DNA of 49,776 nucleotides from Clostridia bacterium (GTDB lineage Bacteria; Bacillota; Clostridia; Oscillospirales; CAG-272): NCBI GenBank assembly GCA_017463815.1, contig JAFTOK010000169.1, positions 1 to 49,776 of the forward strand, read 5' to 3'. Shown piece by piece: positions 26,139 to 34,321 of this stretch (position 1 is its first letter; each line of letters starts with the position of its first letter). The notes under the pieces were generated by a model. It saw only the letters and a program-made list of their open reading frames with translations, ran no database searches and was not told where the DNA came from. The position numbers and the translations under genes were made by a program.

Positions 26139-26347
26139 TTTTTCACCTCTGTTGCTTGTTTTCACATACATTCTATCATATTTTGTGAAAATTTTATAGA
26201 TATTTCTAAAAATAGTATGGATTTTTTGGTTCTCATATGATACAATATATCTGTAATACACGAGAGGTGAGAAAAATGAACAAGAACAATGAACTTTTTT
26301 TAGGTTAATATAAAAAACTCGACGATATTTGCCGCGCAAGCCTTGAT

Positions 26348-26806
26348 ATGGACGAAGGCATCGTGGAATATGTAAAAGAAATGGAGCTTTCCGAAGGTCC
26401 GAAGAAGAATATCGACGCTTGGGTAAACGATTACCACACGCTCAACAAATGCCTGCACATAGGCGGCTTGCTCGAAGATGAAGCCGTGCTTACAGGCCGC
26501 GCACAGTGCACAAAGCAGGATATTGCTTGGCTCAAGAAATTCCAACAGAGAATCGCAAACGGCGAAGACCCCGTTAAAGAGCTTGAAAAATACCACGACA
26601 AGCTCCGCCTTGCGGAAGAGAGAAAGAAACATTTCGAGCCCTATGTGGAAAAAGCGCTTTCTTTGCTCGTTGTCGGCGTTATACTCTTGCTCGCCGTTGC
26701 CGACAGCAAGAACAAAAAGAAAATCGAAGAGCAGATGAAGCTCAAAAAACAGAAAAAGAAAAAAGAGAAAAAGAAAAAACAAGACACCACGGAAATCGTG
26801 GAGTAA
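26348..26806 (+). CDS. Hypothetical C-terminally anchored protein, paralog 1. It is probably the 3-prime part of a gene disrupted by an in-frame TAA at 26306-26308
   Basis: It shares DYHTL.KC.HI and AQCTKQDIAW.KKF..RI..G.DP with the next gene. The ancestral start at 26276 has the same 21-nt RBS-plus-start context as paralog 2. No Shine-Dalgarno sequence precedes 26348. Confidence 0.5.
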   Translation: MDEGIVEYVKEMELSEGPKKNIDAWVNDYHTLNKCLHIGGLLEDEAVLTGRAQCTKQDIAWLKKFQQRIANGEDPVKELEKYHDKLRLAEERKKHFEPYVEKALSLLVVGVILLLAVADSKNKKKIEEQMKLKKQKKKKEKKKKQDTTEIVE

Positions 26807-26830
26807 AACATAGGCGCAGAGGTGAGAAAA

Positions 26831-27277
26831 ATGAACAAAACCAACCTGATTTTTGCAAATGAATACGAAAATCTCAACGACGCTTGCAAGCTCAAATTCG
26901 ATTCCGAGGACGGCGTTGCGGCATATATCGCCGAAATGGACAAACCCTCCGACTACAAAGATAAAGTAGGTGGTTGGGGAGAAGATTATCACACGCTCGG
27001 CAAATGTATGCACATCTACAACGTGGTAGAGCTCGGCGGCGCAAAGCTCCGCAAAGCGCAGTGCACAAAGCAGGACATTGCCTGGGTTAAGAAATTCACA
27101 GAAAGAATCGAAAAAGGCACAGACCCGCTTGCAAAGCTTGAAAAATGTGAAGAAACCGCAAGAAAAATCCGCGAAACCATAGAAAAAGCCAAACCCGCAA
27201 TTAAAAACATCGCTATCGGTTGCGGCGTAACGCTCGCGCTCACGGCTATTTTCGGCGGCAAAAAGAAAAACAAATAA
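26831..27277 (+). CDS. Hypothetical C-terminally anchored protein, paralog 2
   Basis: The ATG follows AGAGGTGA. The C-terminal TM segment is IAIGCGVTLALTAIFGG followed by KKKNK. It is a paralog of the preceding ORF. Confidence 0.7.
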   Translation: MNKTNLIFANEYENLNDACKLKFDSEDGVAAYIAEMDKPSDYKDKVGGWGEDYHTLGKCMHIYNVVELGGAKLRKAQCTKQDIAWVKKFTERIEKGTDPLAKLEKCEETARKIRETIEKAKPAIKNIAIGCGVTLALTAIFGGKKKNK

Positions 27278-27294
27278 TTAAAAAATCGCAAACT

Positions 27295-27330
27295 AAAATC
27301 GCTCCCTTTCGGGAGCGATTTCTTATTTAT
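27295..27330 (+). terminator. Rho-independent terminator
   Basis: AAAATCGCTCCC-TTTC-GGGAGCGATTT is followed by a T-rich tract. Confidence 0.6.
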
Positions 27331-27417
27331 AACATAGGAAATTGCGCGCGAAGCAGTGCAATTTACGTGTTCAAAAAAAGTTTTCCTTATGCAAAACGCC
27401 CGAATTCGGGCGTTTTA
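27331..27417. repeat. Copy B of the roughly 90-nt structured intergenic module
   Basis: AACATAGGAAATTGCGCGCGAAGCAGTGCAATT...AGTTTTCCTTATGCAAAACGCCCGAATTCGGGCGTTTT aligns with 16671-16759. Confidence 0.65.
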
Positions 27418-27438
27418 TAGTTGACGAAGTCAACTTTT

Positions 27439-29373
27439 TTATTTCTTTTCAGCGTCTTTGAATTCTTTTGTTTTAGCAGCTTTTTCGTTGAGTTCTTCCG
27501 GGTCGTGGAACGTGGGAACGACAGCTTTAATCGCCGCTTTCACCTTTTCGGAACCGAGCTCGTTCTCTGCCGCCGTAACAGCATCTGTGAGAACCTTAAT
27601 CTTGTCCTCAACCTCTGTTCTCGTGAGCGGAGCGTCCTTTTCAACGAATATCATATTGTTATCCGTTTTCGTGAGCTCTTCCGTTTTGATAAGAAGTTCT
27701 TCGTAAAGCTTTTCGCCGGGGCGAAGACCGATTTCCTGAATTTCGATATCTGTGCCGGGGCGGAAGCCGGAAAGCTTAATCATATTTACCGCAAGGTCGT
27801 AAATCTTAATCGGTTTACCCATATCGAGCACGAAAAGCTCGCCTTTTTTCGCCATAGCGCCCGCCTGCATAACAAGCTGGCTCGCTTCGGGAATAGTCAT
27901 AAAGTAGCGGATGATTCTGAAGTCGGTTATAGTGATGGGGCCGCCCTGCGCTATCTGGCGCTTAAAGAGCGGAATAACACTACCGTTGGAGCCGAGAACG
28001 TTGCCGAAACGAACCGCAGCAAAGGTTGTTTTGCTGTCTGTACGGCACTGTATAACCATTTCGCACATACGTTTGGAAGCGCCCATAATGTTTGTGGGGT
28101 TAACCGCTTTGTCCGTGGAAATAAGAACGAATTTTTCTACGCCGTATTTTTCAGCCATATCAGCCGTGTTGTACGTACCGAGAACGTTGTTTTTGATTGC
28201 TTCGCAACCGCTGTGCTCCATAAGGGGCACGTGCTTGTGCGCCGCCGCGTGGAAAACGAGCTGGGGGCGGTAGTTTGCGAAAATCGCATCGAGGCGTTTT
28301 CTGTCGCGCACGGAGGCGATTTCAACGGAAAGGTCGAGCTTGTCTCCGTATTTGCGGATAAGCTCCTGCTGAATGTCATATGCGTTGTTTTCGTAAATGT
28401 CGAGAATAATGAGCTTTTTGGGTTTGCATTTAGCAATCTGACGGCAAAGCTCGCTGCCTATAGAGACGCCGCCGCCCGTTACGAGAACGGTCTTGCCGGA
28501 GTAAAATTCAAATTCTTTTTTGCCGTTGATATCGAGAGGCTTGCGGAAAAGCAAATCTTCGATTTCAAATTCACGAATAATCCTTTTTTTCTTGCCGTCT
28601 ACCTCTTCCGTGTCGTCGTGCACGGGGGAATCGTAGATTTTAACCTTGCAGCCCAGAGCGCTGTAAAGCTCGTGTATTCTCTTGATTTCCTCGAGAGGAA
28701 GACCAACTATGGCGATAATGATATTGGAAATATCGTATTTTTTAAGAAGCGCTTCAGCGTTTTCTTCCGCGTAAACGTGCAAGCCCGCAATAGTGCCGCC
28801 GATTTTGCTTTCGTCTTTATCGAAGTAAAGAACGGGGCGGTATGCGGAATTGGGGTTGGATTTGAGCTCGTTTGCAAGGTACGCGCCAAGCTGACCCGCG
28901 CCTACGATAGCGGCGTTGATTTGCTGCTCGTAGTGAACGCGAAGGTTATATCTTCTCTTGTAGATAAGGCGGTAAACGAAGCGCGCGGAGAGCGCCATAA
29001 GCGCGCTGAGCGATGCTATTGAAATAAAGAACCAAATGCCGATATGGTAGCCGCTTATGTAAGAAATGGTTACGGAAACCAAGCCCGCACACATATCCGC
29101 GAGCACAAGGCGAAGGTACGCGCCCGTGCTGGTATAGCGCCAAACGTAGTTATATACGCCCCACAAAATGCGGAACACCACTGTTGTGAGAAGCAGGAGA
29201 ACGGAATTATATATAAATGTCGGTATATCAAGTTGGCTTACGCTTGTACCCTCTTTTGCGATGTAATGCGTCGCAATGTAGTACGCCACATCCAAGCCAA
29301 TAAAGCACGCTACGTCGAACAGAAACAGCACTACTCGCCTGTAGCTACCCTTGACTGTGTTTTTGATGTTCAT
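27439..29373 (-). CDS. Membrane-bound polysaccharide biosynthesis protein, CapD/WbpM/EpsC-type nucleotide-sugar 4,6-dehydratase/epimerase
   Basis: The N-terminus has 4 TM segments, followed by a Rossmann region (VLVTGGGVSIGSEL), ...VFHAAAHKHVPLME... and ...STDKAVNPTNIMGASKR. The ATG at 29373 lies 6 nt after GGAGG. Confidence 0.85.
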   Translation of the reverse strand: MNIKNTVKGSYRRVVLFLFDVACFIGLDVAYYIATHYIAKEGTSVSQLDIPTFIYNSVLLLLTTVVFRILWGVYNYVWRYTSTGAYLRLVLADMCAGLVSVTISYISGYHIGIWFFISIASLSALMALSARFVYRLIYKRRYNLRVHYEQQINAAIVGAGQLGAYLANELKSNPNSAYRPVLYFDKDESKIGGTIAGLHVYAEENAEALLKKYDISNIIIAIVGLPLEEIKRIHELYSALGCKVKIYDSPVHDDTEEVDGKKKRIIREFEIEDLLFRKPLDINGKKEFEFYSGKTVLVTGGGVSIGSELCRQIAKCKPKKLIILDIYENNAYDIQQELIRKYGDKLDLSVEIASVRDRKRLDAIFANYRPQLVFHAAAHKHVPLMEHSGCEAIKNNVLGTYNTADMAEKYGVEKFVLISTDKAVNPTNIMGASKRMCEMVIQCRTDSKTTFAAVRFGNVLGSNGSVIPLFKRQIAQGGPITITDFRIIRYFMTIPEASQLVMQAGAMAKKGELFVLDMGKPIKIYDLAVNMIKLSGFRPGTDIEIQEIGLRPGEKLYEELLIKTEELTKTDNNMIFVEKDAPLTRTEVEDKIKVLTDAVTAAENELGSEKVKAAIKAVVPTFHDPEELNEKAAKTKEFKDAEKK

Positions 29374-29617
29374 TTTTGACCTCCGCATAAAAATTATAAA
29401 GTTATATTTTTGTGGACTTGCTATTTAAATTTTACTCATTAAATGCTCAAATTATGAATACAACATAAAACGCCAAAATTCGTATCGGTTTCATTATACT
29501 ACACTTTCAAAAAATTTGCAACCGATATCGACAAAATTCCGCACCGTGCAGAATTTATTTTTTTGTTTTTTTGCTAATATATGTTAGCTCACGAACATAT
29601 TTTCATTTTTTGGAAAA

Positions 29618-29649
29618 TAAAAAATTTTACGGGGCGAAATTTTCGCCCC
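29618..29649 (-). terminator. Rho-independent terminator after gpr
   Basis: GGGGCG and CGCCCC form the stem (29631-29649). On the minus strand it is followed by GTAAAATTTTTT. Confidence 0.55.
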
Positions 29650-29663
29650 ATTACACCCCCGCC

Positions 29664-30542
29664 CTATAACATTTCGCGCAAATCAAGCCCGTGGAAAGCA
29701 CGGTTTACGGCAAAGCCCAAAAGGCGCGAAAGCTTTTCTGTTTGTGCATCTATTTCCTTGGGGCAAACGAAAAAGCCATCATATCCGCTTTCTTCCCTGC
29801 CGCACGCATCGCGCACAAGTGTGCCCGCATCGATTACCGTCGGCACGCCGAGCGCAACCACAGGCACGCCTATGCTCTCTTTGTCTATGGCACGCACGGC
29901 ATTGCCCACGCCCGAGCCGGGAGAAATGCCGGCAGAGCATATCTGCACCGTTTTGCAAAGCCGTTCAGCGCTCCTCGCCGCAAGCGCATCGATTGCCACT
30001 ACGATATCGGGGCGGGCTATTTCCGCTGCCGCGCGGACTATCTCCGCCGCGTCAAGCCCCGTGTCCGCACCCACACCGGGGGCGATGGCGCAAATATCAA
30101 AAAAACCGCTCCGCTTGAAAATTTCGGGCTCGCGTTCTCGCAGAGAGCGCGTTACGAGCACGTGCGAAAGCGCCTGTGGACCGAGCGCATCGGGCGTCAT
30201 TTTTGCGTTGCCTATACCGCACACAAGCAGACTTTTCGGCGCCGCCGCAAGCGTTTTGCAAACGGACATAAGTTCGCCCGCACAGGCTTCGCAAATGCGC
30301 GCAAAACCCTCGAAATCCGTTACGGTTATATCGGGAAAGCAGAGGCTCACATACTTCCCCATCCTCCTGCCCACGGCACGCTCGCCCGCTTCGTTTGTAA
30401 CGTCTATTTCGGAAACGTCAATATCTCCGTGTTTTCGCTCGCTGTACACCACGCCGTCTATTTCCCCACTGTGTGCGGGCGCATATTTTTCCATATACTC
30501 GCTCCTTGCCTCAACGGCAAGGTCTGTTCTGGCTCTTTGCAT
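29664..30542 (-). CDS. gpr: GPR endopeptidase (spore germination protease)
   Basis: The internal ATG at 30542 follows GGAG. MQRARTDLAVEA..., ...CGIGNAKMTPDALGP..., ...APGVGADTG... and ...SPGSGVGN are GPR hallmarks. The longer track ORF overlaps the upstream gene. Confidence 0.85.
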   Translation of the reverse strand: MQRARTDLAVEARSEYMEKYAPAHSGEIDGVVYSERKHGDIDVSEIDVTNEAGERAVGRRMGKYVSLCFPDITVTDFEGFARICEACAGELMSVCKTLAAAPKSLLVCGIGNAKMTPDALGPQALSHVLVTRSLREREPEIFKRSGFFDICAIAPGVGADTGLDAAEIVRAAAEIARPDIVVAIDALAARSAERLCKTVQICSAGISPGSGVGNAVRAIDKESIGVPVVALGVPTVIDAGTLVRDACGREESGYDGFFVCPKEIDAQTEKLSRLLGFAVNRAFHGLDLREML

Positions 30543-30574
30543 AAGAAAACTCCTTTTTTGTTTTATTATGCCCC

Positions 30575-30609
30575 CAAAAAACAAAAAATCCCGTAAAAAC
30601 GGGATTTTT
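30575..30609 (-). terminator. Rho-independent terminator
   Basis: AAAATCCCGT-AAAA-ACGGGATTTT has a T-run on the minus strand. Confidence 0.7.
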
Positions 30610-30618
30610 GAGATAAAC

Positions 30619-31731
30619 TTATTTCTTTTTTGATTTATATTCGTCTTCGTCGGTAATGTATTCGCCGCCGTCGTAATATTCGCCGTCGTCTTCACCGTAG
30701 CCGCCGGGTTTACCGCGGCGCGGGTTGTCGTCATCGTCGTCGCCGTCATCGCTCTCGTCCGCTTCGCCGTTCTCGTTATAATAGGGGTCTATCATAAATT
30801 TCTTCATCTGCGGGTATGCCACGTACGTCGCAATGAAAGAGCAAGCGCCGAAATCGAAAATGAGAATAAGTATAACGCCGAGCGGTGTATAGAACGCCGC
30901 AAAAAGCATCGTTATGAACACCACAAGCGCAATTCCCACAAAAGCAAGCAGGTTTCTGCCTATGCAAAGAATCGCAAATATAAAGCTGTTCTTCAAAATT
31001 TTGAAAAAGCCCATATCGAACGTTACCATTATCATATACATATAGAAGCGCATAAACATATACACCATAAAGGTAACGAGCGAGCAGAAGAACATTATAT
31101 AAAGCGTATTGTAATTAAGCCAATAGAAGTAGATTGCATATACGTTGAGGAAAAGCACTGTTGCATCGAGTATACCCATAGGAACAGCCATTTTCCAGTT
31201 CTTTTTTATCGTACCGAAAAAGTCCACGCTCCAGAAAATGGGCTCACATTTAATAGTGTTGCGCATAATATACGCGCAGGAAGCGTTTACAAGACCGAAC
31301 GTGACAAGCAAGAGCAAGGAAAGCCCGTAAAGTATCTTCACGCCGATATTGTCTATGGAAATATCCACGGGGAAACTTTCAAAAAGGCCGTGTATGCCCG
31401 AAAGCGGCATAAGCGTGGCGGCATCTCCGCCGGCTGTACCCATACCGTATATGAGCGGGTAAAACTCGCTTATCGGCTTCATAGCCTGGCGGCTGAAATT
31501 GCCGCTCACCGCGAGAATAAAGAAAAAGATTGGGAAGTTGCCCACTATGTAAAGAAGATTTATTCTTATAATGTCGCCCCATTTGCGTCCGAAAAGCTTG
31601 AAGAAGTTCTTGAAATTGTAATTTTTAATAACGTCGCTTTTTTTTATGCCCTTTCCGTTGCTGTCATACATCCAGGAAAACAGGGTCCTTCTTTTTTTCT
31701 GTTTTCCGCCGTTATTGTTTTCGCCGTTCAA
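30619..31731 (-). CDS. DUF624/YesL-like integral membrane protein with an acidic C-terminal tail
   Basis: It has a multi-TM core. The C-terminus NENGEADESDDGDDDDDNPRRGKPGGYGEDDGEYYDGGEYITDEDEY is strongly acidic. The TTG start follows GGAGG, and the start is uncertain. Confidence 0.6.
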   Translation of the reverse strand: MNGENNNGGKQKKRRTLFSWMYDSNGKGIKKSDVIKNYNFKNFFKLFGRKWGDIIRINLLYIVGNFPIFFFILAVSGNFSRQAMKPISEFYPLIYGMGTAGGDAATLMPLSGIHGLFESFPVDISIDNIGVKILYGLSLLLLVTFGLVNASCAYIMRNTIKCEPIFWSVDFFGTIKKNWKMAVPMGILDATVLFLNVYAIYFYWLNYNTLYIMFFCSLVTFMVYMFMRFYMYMIMVTFDMGFFKILKNSFIFAILCIGRNLLAFVGIALVVFITMLFAAFYTPLGVILILIFDFGACSFIATYVAYPQMKKFMIDPYYNENGEADESDDGDDDDDNPRRGKPGGYGEDDGEYYDGGEYITDEDEYKSKKK

Positions 31732-31752
31732 AATATAGTTCCTCCAAAAATT

Positions 31753-32340
31753 TTATTCTTCGTCATCTGCCGCCGCGAGGTCGTCGCTCCAGCTTTCGGC
31801 AAGATAGTTCATATTGCCCGAAAGAAGTGCCATTATACCGCGATAAATAAACTCGCTTCGCTCGTCGAAATTTATACGCATACGCTCTGCCTGGCGTTTT
31901 GATTCAAGCACAAGCTTTGTTTCAAGCGCCGCGCCGCCCATACCGTCCACGGTGCAGGTGAGCGTATATTTGCCATCGCCGCTTTCTTCTATGGAAGAAT
32001 GTGCCGTAAGCCCTCGCGCCTTGAACGAAATCAGCTGAAGCGCGGAGCGCACAGCGTGGTCGAGTATTTCGGGCAAAATTCTGTCTTTCATCATTTCCGC
32101 CGTATCTCTGCCCTTGCGCGTGAGGCGCACGAGTTCTTCTTCGCCTTCACCCTTTGTCATTTCCAACGCTTTTATATCGAGAAGCTCGTAAAACTCCTCT
32201 ACGAAATCAAACTGATTTACAAACTCATCCTGCACGCAAATATCGTGCAAAGTTACGTAATCGAGCGGTCTTTCAAGCTGCATAAGCAAATAAAGTATGA
32301 AAATTTTTATATCCGATTTTTCGGTCAGCCGCAGTGCCAT
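31753..32340 (-). CDS. DUF4364 family protein (putative winged-helix regulator common in sporulating Clostridia)
   Basis: ...DIKIFILYLLMQLERPLDYVTLHDI... matches the N-terminal DUF4364 pattern. The RBS is GGAGGG. Confidence 0.65.
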   Translation of the reverse strand: MALRLTEKSDIKIFILYLLMQLERPLDYVTLHDICVQDEFVNQFDFVEEFYELLDIKALEMTKGEGEEELVRLTRKGRDTAEMMKDRILPEILDHAVRSALQLISFKARGLTAHSSIEESGDGKYTLTCTVDGMGGAALETKLVLESKRQAERMRINFDERSEFIYRGIMALLSGNMNYLAESWSDDLAAADDEE

Positions 32341-32461
32341 ACGCTACCCTCCGAAGTAAAATTCATAACGTTATGAAATTAGTTTAACATACTTTTCGCA
32401 AAAAGTATATACAAGAAACAAAAATATTTTCGGAATTTGTAAATTTTTTATTTTCCCGGGT

Positions 32462-32493
32462 AAAAACAAAAACCAAAGCTTTCACTTTGGTTT
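32462..32493 (-). terminator. Rho-independent terminator after the peptidase/lipoprotein pair
   Basis: The minus strand reads AAACCAAAG-TGAAAG-CTTTGGTTT followed by TTGTTTTT. Confidence 0.7.
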
Positions 32494-32499
32494 CGCATT

Positions 32500-32955
32500 T
32501 TATCCCTTCCAGTCAAGCTCTTCGCCTTCCGTAGCGTTGTATATAGCTTCAAGCTCTTTCGCGATAGATGCCGTATCCGTTTTATAGAGCGCGTTTATGT
32601 ATATTTCTCCTTCTCCGTAGAGCGTTACAGTCGTACCGTCGGAAAGTCTTACGCGAAAAAGTATCTGGCCAGATTTTATAGCTATATCATCGCTTTCATC
32701 AACCAAAGTTTTCGGTGTATTGTTTATAGCGGAGATGATTCTTTCGATGTTTTCCGCGTCTGTAACAACTTTATATTTCATAGCCGTCGTATATGCACTT
32801 TCCTGCATCATAGCGAGCAATATCCGTTCGTTTTCTACAAGAACCGTTGGCGTGGGGAGCGTATTTTCCGTAGTCTGCGCAGGGTTAGTGCTGCCGCACG
32901 CGCAAAGTGAAGCAAGCAAACAAACCGAAAGGAAAACTGCAAATATTTTTTTCAT
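32500..32955 (-). CDS. Hypothetical lipoprotein, co-transcribed with the C10-like peptidase
   Basis: MKKIFAVFLSVCLLASLCACG has a lipobox. AAGGAG lies 11 nt downstream of the peptidase stop. Confidence 0.7.
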   Translation of the reverse strand: MKKIFAVFLSVCLLASLCACGSTNPAQTTENTLPTPTVLVENERILLAMMQESAYTTAMKYKVVTDAENIERIISAINNTPKTLVDESDDIAIKSGQILFRVRLSDGTTVTLYGEGEIYINALYKTDTASIAKELEAIYNATEGEELDWKG

Positions 32956-32966
32956 AGAAAATCTCC

Positions 32967-34052
32967 TTAACTATCTAGACTATTTATATCATAAATGACT
33001 GCAACATTGACAGCATAGTTTAAATTAAGCATAACATTATTTGAACCCAACCCATTATTTACATAAGCGTAATATTGCCCGCCACTAACATCTTGAAGCA
33101 ATCCGTGAATAACATAAAAATGCTTGCCTTGACCGCTTGTATCACTAAAAATAATTATAATGGGGTAATCCATTTCAATAATCTGTCTTAAACTTGTAAA
33201 AAATGTGCTTATGGGATAAGATGTTGACGTATCTGGATAAAAACCATCAGTTGCAACCATATAATTACCCATATTTCTTGATATAAAATAATTGTTAACA
33301 CCTTTTCTTATTTCGTTAACAGTTACAAACCCAACAGAGGGCGTGCAGTGTATAAACGGAATTAAATGGTCAACCATTTTAATACCTGTGCTATCATCCA
33401 ATTCATCAGGGATAATATTCGAATTTTTATAGTCATCAAGATAATGAAGCACAATGGCCGCTGCTGTAGACGCGCAATGAACACCTCCAGGATTATATGA
33501 AATTGTTTTTAATGAGTGGTCCAAATCGAAACGCATAGTAATCGACCGTACTGATGCCATATTGATTGATTGCGCTAATTTGTTAGAAATAGAAAACGAT
33601 TGAAATGATTCAATATTATGTATTGCTTGATTACAATCTACTATAGTATCAGTAGCTATATTTATAAAATCAGTTTCGCTTTTCACATAATAGTTAAATG
33701 GTCCACCATAATATATTTTTTTATTAAAATTATCGTTCAATATATCATATGTATTATTAGGTTCAAAATGTGCTTCAATTATCGTTCCATTTAAATCCGT
33801 AATAGCATAACTTTGAGATGAAAGCAAGAAGCAATATCCTATAATTTCGTCATCAATATTATATAACGATTTCGATGAATTTATTTTATTATCCAATTTC
33901 AAAACATTTTCAACATATGTTGAAAAATTAGAGTATGCAACATATTCAGATGTTTCTAAAATTATCGATGTGTCTACTGCAAACACATTAGCAGAAAACG
34001 CAAGAGTTAATATAAGAACTACCACAATTATTTTTTTCATTTTATTTAACAT
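32967..34052 (-). CDS. Secreted papain-fold cysteine peptidase resembling family C10 (streptopain/SpeB-like)
   Basis: The signal peptide is MLNKMKKIIVVVLILTLAFSANVFA. HCASTAAAIVLHY resembles streptopain GCVATATAQIMKYH. GKHFYVIHG....YYAYVNNGLG resembles GGHAFVIDG....FYHVNWGWGG. The region is strongly AT-rich relative to its flanks. Confidence 0.6.
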   Translation of the reverse strand: MLNKMKKIIVVVLILTLAFSANVFAVDTSIILETSEYVAYSNFSTYVENVLKLDNKINSSKSLYNIDDEIIGYCFLLSSQSYAITDLNGTIIEAHFEPNNTYDILNDNFNKKIYYGGPFNYYVKSETDFINIATDTIVDCNQAIHNIESFQSFSISNKLAQSINMASVRSITMRFDLDHSLKTISYNPGGVHCASTAAAIVLHYLDDYKNSNIIPDELDDSTGIKMVDHLIPFIHCTPSVGFVTVNEIRKGVNNYFISRNMGNYMVATDGFYPDTSTSYPISTFFTSLRQIIEMDYPIIIIFSDTSGQGKHFYVIHGLLQDVSGGQYYAYVNNGLGSNNVMLNLNYAVNVAVIYDINSLDS

Positions 34053-34279
34053 AAAAACCTCCAAAAAAATATAAACTATTTATACTTTAATGTATAAAAA
34101 AACAAGCCATCGGAAACGCCTCCTTAAATCATATAGTTTCTATAGTTATATATTAGCATAATATATAACTATAGTCAATATATCCCAAAAGCAACCGTCA
34201 TTTTTAACAAAAAATCTATTCTGTTATCCAACACAAGATATGTATAATATACATTATTTGTTCAAACACGCCTAAAAGC

Positions 34280-34303
34280 AAAAACAGCCCAAAGGCTGTT
34301 TTT
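34280..34303. terminator. Bidirectional rho-independent terminator that ends prs
   Basis: AAAAACAGCC-CAAA-GGCTGTTTTT. Confidence 0.75.
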
Positions 34304-34321
34304 GACTTTTTATTTACAAAA

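Noticed and set aside
26306-26308. The in-frame TAA as evidence of stop-codon reassignment.
   Set aside because: TAA, TAG and TGA all terminate well-supported genes at the expected lengths throughout the window. Examples are TAA at mutS2, TAG at yqfC and TGA at the small ORF upstream of mutS2. A nonsense mutation or a sequencing error is far more likely.
26300-27013. A 237-aa minus-strand ORF spanning both paralog genes.
   Set aside because: It is antisense to two plus-strand ORFs that are mutually homologous and share identical RBS contexts. Its translation is dominated by F/L/V repeats that arise from the complement of Lys/Glu-rich codons.
29664-30749. A 69-aa Thr/Ala-rich N-terminal extension of the gpr ORF (MTATTMTTTRAAVN...).
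   Set aside because: It overlaps the 3-prime end of the upstream DUF624-like gene and its terminator at 30575-30609. The conserved GPR N-terminus (RTDLAVEA) begins right after the internal ATG at 30542, which has a GGAG RBS.
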